Source of the DNA: Octopus sinensis
Lineage: Eukaryota
DNA: 34,889 nucleotides
NCBI RefSeq assembly: GCF_006345805.1
Contig: NW_021829927.1
Coordinates: forward strand, 1-34,889
Direction: 5' to 3'
Part shown: one piece after another, positions 11,990-23,390 of the stretch
Layout of the letters: every line of letters begins with the position of its first letter
Numbering within the stretch: position 1 is the stretch's first letter
The notes under the pieces: model-generated
What the model saw: only the letters and a program-made list of their open reading frames with translations
What the model was told of the DNA's origin: nothing
Databases searched by the model: none
Translations under genes and position numbers: made by a program

Positions 11990-12230
11990 AATATTGATAT
12001 TTTTTAAAATCCACCTGAAGAAAATCCACCATGTCGGTAGCAGACATGAAACAATTGTAGTGGCGGTTTATTTAATTTATATTAAAATTTTATGTATTGT
12101 TTAAGTCTTTCCTTGTTTGGTTTTAAAATAGTGGTTTTGTCTCGAATTATATATATAATATTTTACTATAAATTGGATTTAACCCTAATCTGATTTTTCC
12201 CTGTAATTTTGGATTCATTCCCTAATATTT
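11990..12230 (+). mobile_element. Probable Penelope-like pseudo-LTR remnant hosting the hammerhead
   Basis: AT-rich block bounded by microsatellites and centred on the motif. Class inferred from the known association of minimal hammerheads with Penelope-like elements; boundaries approximate. Confidence 0.45.
12011..12063 (+). ncRNA. Minimal type I hammerhead ribozyme motif with a 9-nt insertion after A9
   Basis: Helix I CCAC/GTGG; core CTGAAGA (12015-21); helix II ATGTC/GACAT; GAA; helix III AC-AATT-GT (palindrome ACAATTGT); predicted cleavage GUA after 12059. AAATCCACC (12022-30) repeats 12007-15. Confidence 0.65.
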
Positions 12231-12256
12231 ATTATTATTATATAATATATTATATA

Positions 12257-12322
<66 letters not shown>
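12225..12322. repeat. (ATT)n/(TA)n/(TG)n
   Basis: Read directly. Confidence 0.95.
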
Positions 12323-12323
<1 letters not shown>

Positions 12324-13140
12324 CAACCAACACGTGCATTTGTTTCATTCGTATGTATGTGTTTGCGTGTTTACGGGTGGCATTGTTGCGGTCAAATTCA
12401 ACTTTTAATGAATGTTAAAGTATTGTCTTGAATCTTGACACGTATACATGTGACTAGATCTCCATCAGTGGGCCATTCGCAGGATAATGTTTGTTTTATC
12501 TCCGTTTCATAGACTAAATTTTATGACGCTGTATTAATCTTTCTTAAATGATAAAACAAAGAATTTATGAAACGGTGAAACGCTCACTCCATTCACGCCG
12601 AATTTTACCTCTCAACAATATAAACGACTTCAAGGTCTTCTCCAACCCGTTCACATCATAAACATATTTTCTGTGATGCCAACCTAATAAAACTCATAAA
12701 CAAGAATATTATTATTAATATTACGATTGGCATTCGGCCAAAATTTGAGAGCATTATTATTGTTATGCTAATTTATTACATCAACACAATTTAGAGCAAG
12801 GGGAAAAGTAGGAATGATCGGTCGCTTATGAGACGAGAGCGTTTAAATATAATATTAACTTCTGGGTGTATTTCGAATAAGGGAGTTATTGGAAGCTTAA
12901 TAAACCCAGCAATATATTTTGCTCCTCGCGGTATCGATTAGGTCATTCTGAATCCATGGTAATTTTCTTTATCATTCCCGAGATAAATTCATCTGGCGAC
13001 ATTTTATATTTTAGCCAAGGTGGGTTGTCGATGTAACGAAGCCATTATTTGATTTCAGCTTATTTTAACGGAACAAAAAACATATAAAAAGATGCAAGTC
13101 ATGGAGTCAGGAACATTAGAAAGGCTGGATTCCATTCACA

Positions 13141-13174
13141 TACTACTACTACTACTACTACTAATAATAATAAC

Positions 13175-13206
<32 letters not shown>

Positions 13207-13208
13207 TA

Positions 13209-13239
<31 letters not shown>

Positions 13240-13497
13240 AAGAAGGAGGAGGAGAATAAGAAGAAGAAGAAGAAGAAGAGATGATGAAGAAGTAGAAGAA
13301 GAAAGAAGAAGAAGAAGGAGAAAAGAGAAAAGAAAAGAAAAGAAGTAGAAGAAGAAGTAGAAGTAGAAGAAGAAGAAGAAGAAGAAGCAAAGAAGAAGAA
13401 GAAGAAGAAGAAGATGATGAAGAAGAAGAAAAGAAGAAGATGAAGAAGAAGATGAGGAAGAAGGTGAAGAAGAAGATGAGGAAGAAGAAGAAAAGAC
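13141..13497. repeat. Compound triplet microsatellite (TAC)n(TAA)n(GAA)n
   Basis: Read directly; explains ORF 13136..13522. Confidence 0.97.
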
Positions 13498-13499
13498 GG

Positions 13500-13819
13500 G
13501 CTACAACAAATATTCTGCTCAATACAACAGATTTACTTGTCAGTTGTTTGACCTTAACCAGTTGAGCATCCCCTTAGTGGCTGACGATATGTACATCTCT
13601 GATCACGAGCAGAAATATTGGGGGAGCATCATAGCCGTGTGTCGAGAGGGATTATTTGGGTTTGAATAATTCACCTCTGGAAACATGGGTGTTTCGTTCA
13701 ATATCCTTAAACAACTCTCATTCAGGGACCTTTTGAGTGGGAAGGGTTACTCGACCAGAAGAAAATTCTAACTGGGCCCCACCTGCAAGGTCATGTGCTG
13801 TTTATCTTGATATGAGATA
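13500..13819. mobile_element. Interspersed repeat fragment, class uncertain (probably retroposon)
   Basis: GTCAGTTGTTTGACCTTAACCAGTTGAGCAT...CTGGGCCCCACCTGCAAGGTCATG resembles a common octopus repeat from memory; single copy here, so not verifiable internally. Confidence 0.5.
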
Positions 13820-14089
13820 CAAGCGCTTCAACTTGCCCGCTTTTATTTAGGTATAAAATCTTACAAAATATTCACTTGTAAAAGCATTCGATGCTGAAAA
13901 GCCATAAAGTCCCCATTGAGTCCATATCCCAATTGTTTTGCAATTATGCAAAGCTTACCCCGCCCCTGTTCACCAGAATCAGTTCCCTCTCTCATCAATC
14001 ACATTATTCAGTTTATCTTACGAAGTGCTTGCATAGTTGTCGATGTCTCTAATTCTAATTTCCCTATGTAAATAAAATTAATTTTCGCT

Positions 14090-14112
14090 AGTGGTAGCAG
14101 CGGCATCAGTAC

Positions 14113-14164
<52 letters not shown>

Positions 14165-14239
14165 CGGCGGCTGTGGTAGCCGTGGTTGTGGTAGTCGTGG
14201 TGGTTGAAGCATAAGTGGTGTTGTTGGTGGCAGTGGAGA

Positions 14240-14301
<62 letters not shown>

Positions 14302-14302
14302 C

Positions 14303-14358
<56 letters not shown>
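14090..14358. repeat. (TAG)n tracts with a degenerate GGT/AGT-triplet spacer
   Basis: Read directly. Confidence 0.95.
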
Positions 14359-14362
14359 CAAG

Positions 14363-14550
14363 TAGTGAGCTGGCAGAGTGGCTAGCATTTGGTCTTTACG
14401 TCCTCAGTTCGAATTCCGCCGACGTTGACATTTCCTGCCATCCATTCGGGGTCGATAAAAGAAGTACTAGTTGAGCACTGGGAAGCGATATAATGAATTT
14501 TCCATCGCCGCCCCGGAATACAATAACCTTGTGTCGAACCATAAAACTTT
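14363..14550 (+). mobile_element. SINE family A, diverged, with head deletion
   Basis: GAGCTGGCAGAG...GTTCGAATTCCGCCGACGTTGAC...CATCCATTCGGGGTCGATAAAAGAAGTAC. Confidence 0.8.
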
Positions 14551-14576
14551 AAAAACTATTGTTACTGTTATTGTTT

Positions 14577-14721
14577 AGGAAGGCGGCGAAATGGAAGAAT
14601 CATTAAAGCGCCCGAGAAACTTGCTTTGTGGCATGACGTCGGTCTTTAGTTTCTAGGTTCAAATCTCGCCGAGGTCGACTTCGCTTTCTGTCATGTCGGT
14701 ATCGATAAAATAAGTACCAAT
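14577..14721 (+). mobile_element. SINE family A, 3'-truncated, abutting SINE B
   Basis: GGCGGCGAAATGG...GGTTCAAATCTCGCCGAGGTCGACTTCGC...TCGATAAAATAAGTACC. Confidence 0.8.
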
Positions 14722-14722
14722 A

Positions 14723-15147
14723 GGCGCAGCAGTGACTGCGTGGTAAGTAGCTTGCTAACCAACCACATGGTTCCGGGTTCAGTCCCACTGCTTGGCATCT
14801 TGGGCAAGTGTCTTCTGCTATAGCCTCGGGCCGACCAATGCCTTGTGAGTGGATTTGGTAGACGGAAACTGAAAGAAGTATGTGGTATGTATGTATATAT
14901 ATATATGTATATGTGTGTGTTTATGTGTTTGTGTGTCTGTGTTTGTCCCCCTAGCATTGCTTGACAACCGATGCTGGTGTGTTTACGTCCCTGTCACTTA
15001 GAGGTTCGGCAAAAGAGACCGATAGAATAAGTACTTGGCTTACAAAGAATAAGTCCCGGGGTCGATTTGCTCGACTAAAGGTGGTGCTCCAGCATGGCCG
15101 CAGTCAAATGACTGAAACAAGTAAAAGGGAAAAAAAGAGAAAAGAGA
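14723..15147 (+). mobile_element. Full-length tRNA-derived SINE family B (about 400 bp)
   Basis: A-box-like TGACTGCGTGG (14733), B-box-like GGTTCAGTCCC (14776), internal (TA)/(TG) tract, tail GGTGCTCCAGCATGGCCGCAGTCAAATGACTGAAAC; closely similar inverted copy at 23951-24355. Confidence 0.93.
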
Positions 15148-15740
15148 GTGGTAGGATTGTGTAAAAAAGGGTTATCATAGCTGTGGTTTTTATCATACTA
15201 TTTGGCTTGGCTATTCCTTTTCTATAAATCATGTAAAATGTTGGGGAATCAGATGGGTCTTGAAAGCGAAAATAAAAGCAATCATATTCTTAATCTCAAC
15301 AGGAATCAGCTGTGTGATTCTACCTTTACAGGTAATCACGCAAATACGCAAAAGCAGTCATCGTTAAACACTTACTGACACACACACACATTATTTACCA
15401 TTGTTAAACATTTCATTAGCGCGAGCTGTCTGACTATAAGTACGCTGTGTCAAACTAAAGTGACATATTCAACGAGGTGACAGCCGGTGTTCCGATACAA
15501 CCGAAGATGAAAAAGAAAATGATATCTCTTGAGACTTAGCCGTACATTAATATTATTTGATAGAAATGAGATAATAAACTGGCTTCTTATGTGTTTACTG
15601 CAATCTGACTTATTACTCTGGTGGAAGAGGTGTTCCACCTTCGATTTATTCACACATATACGTTTGTATAGGTTGACATAGCGATATATACAATGGTAAA
15701 AGTATCTACTACGTGTTCAGCCAATAAAGATACTAACTTC

Positions 15741-15741
<1 letters not shown>

Positions 15742-15782
<41 letters not shown>

Positions 15783-15978
15783 GATATATATATATATATA
15801 TATATATATGAGGATATATATATATGTGTACATTACATAATTACTTTGTTATCTATCTATCTATATATATAATATATATAAACATATGTATAATATGTAT
15901 ATGTATATACATCCATATATAAAATAAGTATATATATATATATATATAGTTATATATATATGTGTGTGTATGATATAT

Positions 15979-16021
<43 letters not shown>

Positions 16022-16075
16022 GTGTGTGTATGAATATATATCATGCATATATATATATATATTATATTATATATA
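15742..16075. repeat. (TA)n microsatellite cluster
   Basis: Read directly. Confidence 0.95.
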
Positions 16076-16294
16076 TTGATGAGGCTCATTCGAATACTTG
16101 TATGTGTGTGCGCTCATGTTTGTCTTCATTCCTGTGGGGTTTTTTTTTTATTATAAACACACACCTTTCCCTTGTTCAGGAATGGGTAATCGATTGTTTT
16201 TTTCTAAAATCGATGATTTAAGTTCAATTGAACAAAACAATAGAGCCAATTCATTATAACTTTCTTCAAATTCGAGGACGTACACAATCAAGAA

Positions 16295-16565
16295 AGATAG
16301 AATAGATATATTGATAGATGGATAGATAGGTAAGTAGGCAGGCAGGCAGGCAGGCAGGCTTGCAGGTAGTTAGATATATTGAGAGACAGACAGACAGATA
16401 TATATATATATATATATAGATAGATAGATAGATAGATAGAAAGATATAGAAAGATAGATAGATAGATAGCTACACACATACATACATGCATACATACATA
16501 GACACTTAGGTAGGCAGTTCGACTGACAGATAGATAGAGAGAAAATTAATAGATAGATGGATAGT

Positions 16566-16617
<52 letters not shown>

Positions 16618-16682
16618 GATAGATAGATAGATAGAGAGAGAGAGAAAGAGATAGAGAGGGAGAGAGGGAGAGAGAGAGAGAA
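16295..16682. repeat. (GATA)n/(GGCA)n/(GA)n microsatellites
   Basis: Read directly; explains the poly-LSIY ORFs. Confidence 0.96.
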
Positions 16683-16964
16683 ATAGTGATAGTCGTATAC
16701 ACAGAAATAAGATGTAGATTTTGCTGATGACATAATAATTTCTTTCTAAAATTTTGAGAGAACGTGACATAATTCTGACACTGTCTTCTGTACAATGTCT
16801 CTTTGCTCAAATTCAGTCACATGTTATTGAGGGTCCTTTTATGCTCCGTAAAATGACATCCACCCCGGAGTCCCTGTAGTACGAATGAACCCTGGAGAGT
16901 AAGGAACTTCATAACCGTTCAGGCACAGTACATGTTTGAGTTTATGTTTTCTGTTATGGCTTAC

Positions 16965-17280
16965 GTCTTACAGTCCTTAGACTACGGCCACCCGGGCCAT
17001 CGCCTTAGATTATTTGTCAAATGAATCTGCCCAGTACTTAATTATTTTGAGCTTGGATCTTATTCTAACGATATTTTACGTGGACATACGTACACCAATA
17101 CCATTGTGTGTGTGTATTTAGGACAGGCTTCTCTCAGTTTCCGTCTATCATTGACACCGACAGGGATTTGGTCTCCCAGAGGATATAGCAGAAAATACTC
17201 ATACAAGTTGCCACGCAGTGGGCTTGAACACGGAACCATGTGGTTGACAAGCAAACTTCTTACTACACACACATGTGCAA
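16965..17280 (-). mobile_element. Degenerate SINE family B
   Basis: Tail remnant 16965-17070 and head 17121-17275 (CCACGCAGTGGGCTTGAACACGGAACCATGTGGTTG). Confidence 0.75.
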
Positions 17281-17939
17281 TTCTGGTTTTTATTACAATT
17301 CATTCAAATAATCATGTACGTTAAGATATCATACAGCATATATTCCGATATGGAAGACTTTATTCGTACCATTAAACTTATTCACTGGACTTCAGTTGTC
17401 GTATATACTTTGCGCAAGCGTAAGTATATTATATTTTGATATATACTTTCGTGTATCCAGAGAATAAAACGTAACTACAGAGAGAAGAGTATCTTAATAA
17501 CTATTATTATTATCATTACATCAGGATAGATGAAGAAGTCGACCTGGTTCATTTTCTACAACGGAAATGCCGTCTTTATGCCGCCAGTTCTGTTTGTCAG
17601 AGAATTACATATTTGAGATCTTTGAGTTAACGAAATATCACCGAATGAAGAATATACGATGGTTATGCTACGATTTTAACAATAGTGACAAGGCCGTAAA
17701 ATATCTTAAGTCATGTAATAATCTTCCACGTGAAGAATGTAGATATTTACAACGGGAGATGGATTGTATACAATTTGGGATATGTTAGCGAAATAATTTG
17801 TAATATATTGCTGTAACATATAGTTTTAGATATTCACCGAATATGTATAAAGCATCCTTTCTGGATTCTGTTTTAATATAGATAGATGAATAGATATAGA
17901 GAGATCCTGACATTGATATAATGTTTTATCTCTTGGATA

Positions 17940-18128
17940 TTTCAGTCATTGGTCTATGGCCATGCTGGAGCACCGTCTTGAAATCTTTCGTCGAAAACTT
18001 ATCCCAATACTTATCTCTTGAGTCTGGTACTTATGCTTGTTTTTTTTTTCTCTTTACAGAGCACTTGATTACGCGCTCATAAACAAACCAACACCGGTCG
18101 TTTAGGGCTAATACTGACAAACACAAAG
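17940..18128 (-). mobile_element. SINE family B, 3' half
   Basis: TTCAGTCATTGG...GGCCATGCTGGAGCACCG. Confidence 0.8.
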
Positions 18129-18477
18129 ATTTACATGCAAATTTTTTTTAACGTTTGTGACTTCAATACTTGCGCACATGTCCTTGATCCGATGGGACTT
18201 CACTAGAAGACACCTTCCAAGAGACAAGTGGTTGGATGGGAAACAAACGTCATTCAACACACCGTCGGAGGCATCTGCATACATACATGCATATATATAT
18301 ATATATATATAATATACCATGAATGTTTCATATATTCGAAAAAGGAGCACACACGGAAGGCTAGAGCAGTAATGTATACATCGCTCGTCACAATGCACTT
18401 CGCAAGGCTTTCGTTTTCGAATGATTCCAACACCCTGCTGGTTAGGTGAACAGGCCAACATTTCCTCTCATCGGAAG

Positions 18478-18492
18478 GCTATAGATAGATAT

Positions 18493-18555
<63 letters not shown>
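18478..18555. repeat. (GATA)n
   Basis: Read directly. Confidence 0.97.
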
Positions 18556-19690
18556 TTATTGCGCCACAGGAGTTAACCCTTTACCGTCGAGTAGACTGGA
18601 GTAACGTGAAATGCAGTGTGTATTTGTATGTGTGTGTATGTGTGTGTGTGTGTGTTTAGTAAATTGTGTTGTGTAGCCATGCTGTGTCTAACAGTTTTAT
18701 GATGGCGCAAAAAATATTTTATCGTAAAAACATTGCTTTCAGAATTTATAGAAATTAATGAATGCGGGTGTTGATATAGAATATGAAAGATGTCAGTGAT
18801 ATGATTTTTTTTTACCTTGAAATGGTATACACGTAAGATAAGCGATAACACTGCGTTTGCTTTATAAGCCGTAATGAATATCTTGCACAAGTTTTCTTAA
18901 TGAAAATTTGTTAATGATTAATTTTCCTTCAAACAATTACAGTTAAAGTCTAAGCTGACGATCAAAATGCATTTCAAAGAAAACATTTCTTTAGATTTTG
19001 AGACAACAAACAGAAAATTTGAACCGAAATTCATAAACAGCGCCATAGTTTCAGCGACAAGAGTGAGAAATATTCGCAGTATATTAATTATTTTAACATT
19101 TGTATAATATGTTTTTGTAAGCAATTTAGATCAATGTAAACCTAATATTCTTCCATTAGTTTTCTAGGTTAAACTAAAATTTAGTTGAATGGCATTTAAC
19201 GAAAAACAAACCGAAAACAGAGATAAAATATAAAGAATTAAAGAGAAAGAGCGAAAATAAGAATCCCCCCGTTTATTGAATTCAATAGAATTTTATTTCG
19301 TCGTACAGAAAACAGTGACACTATAAAATTTAATATGAGAAATATGTAATTATGTTTATTTGAAAACTGAGCAGTTTCAGTAATTTCTCCTTGTGACCTT
19401 TCAAAATGATGACAAACACTAAGTGCGTGTTAGTACATGTTGGAGGTTATACTCATGTGTGTCTGTTTATTTCGTTCTTTGTGTGTATGGATGTGTGTAT
19501 GAGAGAGAGAGGGGGAGGAGAGAGAGAGAAAAAGATAGACTGTTACGCAGCAATTCGAAAACAAAAGTAAAGAGGTGAGTGATTTTATTAGTTGAAGTTT
19601 TGTGGAAAATTCGGTTTCAGCTGACAAAACACTTCAATTCATATCATTTTGTAACCTGCTTGTGCTTGCATGCTTGTGAAAATGAAGGTA

Positions 19691-19732
19691 TACACACACA
19701 CACACACACACACACAACACACACACACACAC

Positions 19733-19816
<84 letters not shown>

Positions 19817-19822
19817 ATATAT
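19691..19822. repeat. (CA)n/(TA)n
   Basis: Read directly. Confidence 0.96.
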
Positions 19823-19984
19823 AGGCGCAGGAGTGTCTACGTGGTAAAAAACTTGTTTCCCAACTACATGGTTGAGGGTTCACTACCGCTGCCTGGCACA
19901 TTCAGGTAGAATCTTCTACTATAACCTCGGGCCGACCAAAGCCATCTCAATGGATTTGGTAGATGGAAACTGAAAGAAGCCCGT

Positions 19985-19985
<1 letters not shown>
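19823..19985 (+). mobile_element. SINE family B, 5' half
   Basis: GGCGCAGGAGTG...CTCGGGCCGACCAAAGCC...GGAAACTGAAAGAAGCCCG matches 14723-14880. Confidence 0.85.
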
Positions 19986-20036
<51 letters not shown>

Positions 20037-20140
20037 TATAGGTAGATAAATAGATATATAGATATATATATATAGATAGATAGATAAATAGATAGATAGA
20101 TTGATAGATAGATAGATAAATATAGAAATATATATATAGA
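19986..20140. repeat. (TA)n(GA)n(GATA)n
   Basis: Read directly. Confidence 0.95.
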
Positions 20141-20179
20141 GAGGGACAGGTTGAAATGTCTTTCGAGACTTTTAAACGC

Positions 20180-20348
20180 GGAATGCCAGCTTCCCGGCTT
20201 CTGTGTTGAGATTACACATTTTCCTCGGCAGTTTATATTGGATAAGAGTAAAATATTTTCTGAAAACACGAGGCATGGTACGGTCCAGGATTCGAAACCA
20301 GAATCTTACTGCCACGAGTCCAACACACTAACCATTACGAGCCCTCCC
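20180..20348 (-). mobile_element. Diverged tRNA-derived SINE head (family C-like or a fourth family)
   Basis: Minus strand TAATGGTTAGTGTGTTGGACTCGTGG...GGTTTCGAATCCTGGACCG with A/B-box spacing. Confidence 0.65.
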
Positions 20349-20590
20349 TGTATTCATAGACACAAGCACGTGCATATACTGTCTTTCATATTTCGTTCCA
20401 ATCAATGAAGTAGGGTTGCGCTGGTTAGTACAACAACGTAAGGAAGCTAGCACCAGTTGTGAGCTACTGGCAGGGGACAAGTAGTTAGATACCCATACGC
20501 ATGCGCGTGACGCACTCAGCCGGATACACTAACACACACGTATATATAAAGGGATACGCATTTGATAACCCTACCTTACCGATATCGATA

Positions 20591-21055
20591 TGGAGGTGCA
20601 ATGGCCCAATGGTTAGGGCAGCGGACTCGCGGTCAGAGGATCGCCGTTTCGATTCCCAGACCGGGCGTTGTTTGTGTTTATTGAGCGAAAACACCTAAAT
20701 CTCCACCAGGCTCTGGCAGGGGGTGATGGCGACCTCTATTATACTCTTTCGCTCCAACTGTCTCGCACTCTTTCTTCTTGCTTCTTGTCCCCGACTTCCT
20801 ACGCAACTCCTGAGCCTGGATGTGCATTCATCCATCCGTCGATGCTGTCGGTGTCGGGGGTTGACCTGCTTTCTCTTCTGCGGGTTTTGCCTATAGCAGA
20901 GGACCGCGTTTCGGATTTCTCCCATCTTGCGAGCTCTGGGACGAAGACCGTTCGCTCAACAGCAACAGCAAGTGACCCGCTTTGCACGATACACCCAATC
21001 TCCAGAAGCTCCGTTGAAATTACTCCATTCCGTCACATTTGTCTTACGAGTTAGG
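20591..21055 (+). mobile_element. tRNA-derived SINE family C with GC-rich 3' extension
   Basis: A box TGGCCCAATGG (20602), B-box-like GTTTCGATTCC (20646). Head to about 20785 is secure; including 20790-21055 rests on recall. Confidence 0.75.
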
Positions 21056-21369
21056 TTTGTTTGGCGAGCTTATGAAACTCTGTCTGGCATAGAACTGAAT
21101 TAAATTGATTATTAAATAATATATGTGTGTTTCTGGCTGTATGTTTATATGGGTGTGTGTGTGTATGTGCATATTTGTATGTGTGTGTATGTGGACGTAC
21201 ATACAGGAGATGAGTTTTGATGTGCGTGGGTAGATGAAAATGAGATGGAGAGACTAATTCTGTTGCATCTCAACCGTCCGCGAAAGCAAAGTTTCTCTCG
21301 ACCATTGTTATATTTGCTTCTATTCGTGTTACTTTATATATACTTAGATGCATATACACTCATACATAC

Positions 21370-21427
21370 GCGTATCTACCACCTTATATGATTGTATATA
21401 TATATATATATATATACAGACACATAC

Positions 21428-21471
<44 letters not shown>

Positions 21472-21793
21472 GTAAATATTCATATATACATATAGTCATA
21501 TTCGTGCTAAATTCATACATTCATACATTACTTGGGTAAACATATCTGTAGGTGGTCTGTGTATAAACACACGCACACGCACACACACAGCACAGAGGCA
21601 CATACTCACACACATCTATATATATACGTATATATACTTATATACATATATATATATATGTGTGTGTGTGTGTGTATCTATATATAATGCTTCATAAACT
21701 ACTCGCTTAAGCGTGGCATACATAGTCATCAAGACAATATTTCACCCATTGATACATATATACACACAGGCACATATACGTATATATATACCT

Positions 21794-21835
<42 letters not shown>

Positions 21836-21990
21836 TATATATATACACACATATACATGCATAAATATATAGATATATATATACATATATATATGTGTGT
21901 GTGTGTACATGTGTGGGTATAGTTGGTTGTGTGTAAGTATAGGTACCTGTTTGTATTATTATGTATTCGTGTGTGTGTGTGTGTGTGTGT
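21370..21990. repeat. (TA)n/(CA)n/(TG)n microsatellite cluster
   Basis: Read directly. Confidence 0.9.
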
Positions 21991-22416
21991 GGTGTCTTCT
22001 TTAATACACATGTTTGTTATCGACTCAAATCTCTTAATATATTTTTTAATGTTTGTTTCCATTTCCTTTTGATAGTAGCAATTGTTGATTAAACTCTTTC
22101 TTACCATCCATTACACTTTAATTTTAAGAATACTATAGTTAAAAGATCAAAGTGTTGTCGGGCATCAACTCATTGAGGTGAACATTCAATTTTATATGTC
22201 TTCCGTATCTTAAATACGTACATACTTACATACATATATATGTGTATATATGTGTGTTCATGTATGTGGGGTTTTTTTTTGCTTTTTTACAGTCGTTATT
22301 GCACGCTATATCTATTTTGCTTTCTTTATTATCTCTGAATATCGTACAAAATATTAAAGAAATTGTGAAAATATCTCGTATAGTTCATATTTGTACGATA
22401 TTAATTTTACGCATAG

Positions 22417-22501
22417 ATTTAGCTTTCCATCTTGAAACTAAATTATTAGCTTTCGCTTTATCTTCACTACGTCGTTTGTCTATGACTTACACACTGTTTA
22501 C
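22417..22501 (+). CDS. Candidate exon, plus model: (D)LAFHLETKLLAFALSSLRRLSMTYTLF(T)
   Basis: Acceptor attttacgcatag|, donor TAC|gtaagt; only one frame open, and it is phase-compatible with 22778. Competes with the minus model. Confidence 0.25.
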
Positions 22502-22527
22502 GTAAGTTTGAAACGTCTTCTTGTTGT

Positions 22528-22568
22528 TCACCCTGTTTCACCTTTTAACATTTTAACCAAGCAGTTCA
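22528..22568 (-). CDS. Candidate terminal coding exon, minus model: (L)NCLVKMLKGETG*
   Basis: Acceptor caattcttgtttag|, phase 1 matching the 22908 donor; AATAAA on minus at 22330-22325. Confidence 0.3.
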
Positions 22569-22777
22569 CTAAACAAGAATTGATAAAATATTTAGAAAAC
22601 CAAATTGGGTAACTAGATTGAAATATTTAATTGAATCACGTTTTCACGGACCGTTTTAACTATCGTCCTTTGTTTCTTTTCAGCATGTATACCAACTATT
22701 TTAAATGTCAACATTCGGATCACAGTTTCCTGTATTAAATGTCCGTACACTTATAGACGAACGCTTTGTCTTTTCAG

Positions 22778-22871
22778 GTTGAGTGTTTCCGAGCTGCTAA
22801 CATCCGAACCTCTTCAAGATTTGTATTTGGAGATGAAAGACACGTTGTGTACCCATTCGTTGTTCACATGA
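22778..22871 (+). CDS. Candidate terminal exon, plus model: LSVSELLTSEPLQDLYLEMKDTLCTHSLFT*
   Basis: Acceptor gctttgtcttttcag|G, TGA at 22869-71, AATAAA at 22998. Confidence 0.25.
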
Positions 22872-22907
22872 GAGTTTGTTCACAATAGCCTCTATTGACT
22901 GACATAC

Positions 22908-22989
22908 GCAAATATCTTTCGAGTGCCTCGTGAGAATAGACCCACCACGTACGGCAAAGAAGAGCAAGCAATGTTTCTCCGTATGATGC
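22908..22989 (-). CDS. Candidate internal exon, minus model: ASYGETLLALLCRTWWVYSHEALERYL
   Basis: Acceptor aattttattcgccatag|G, donor TGC|gtatgt, 82 nt, phase 0 to 1. Open in all three frames, so openness is uninformative. Confidence 0.35.
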
Positions 22990-23204
22990 CTATGGCGAAT
23001 AAAATTGTAACTTATTGTTTTCCTCTCGATTGGAACCTTTACCGTATTTAAGTGGAAATATGCAGCTAAATAAAGAATTATTCATCTCCAGAAAATTTAT
23101 GAGATGCAAGGTATCAAACATAGCGAAGACATTAAATGGTGGCGCATGGATAAGCTCGAAGATCTCGACATTGCATCGACGTAGCGTTTTTATCATCTAC
23201 TTAC

Positions 23205-23320
23205 CAACACATCCAAAGTAAGACATACAGATTGGCAGATAACATTGACAGAATTAGCCATAAACTCAACTGGCTTCAAGCTCAACACTGGAACTCCATC
23301 GGACACGTCCTCAATATTAC

Positions 23321-23390
<70 letters not shown>

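Noticed and set aside
13136-13522. 128-aa low-complexity ORF and possible GAA triplex
   Set aside because: A compound triplet repeat; triplex potential is generic.
14090-14358. Ser/Gly-rich reading SSSS-GGCGSRGCGSRGG
   Set aside because: Stops interrupt it, it has no splice sites, and it is best explained as a degenerate (TAG)n tract.
14723-14800. tRNA gene calls for SINE heads (also 8940-9024, 20591-20670, 24280-24355)
   Set aside because: A/B boxes are present but no complete cloverleaf was seen, and each continues into a SINE body.
18575-18600. TTAACCCTTT piggyBac-like terminus
   Set aside because: No matching opposite terminus found.
22686-22780. GIY-YIG-like CIPTILNVNIRITVSCIKCPYTY frame
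   Set aside because: Lacks the YIG and downstream R/EH residues; the resemblance is superficial.
23092-23184. Plus-strand exon KIYEMQGIKHSEDIKWWRMDKLEDLDIAST*
   Set aside because: Protein-like with an acceptor, but it needs a weak upstream donor and conflicts with both better-supported models; not excluded.
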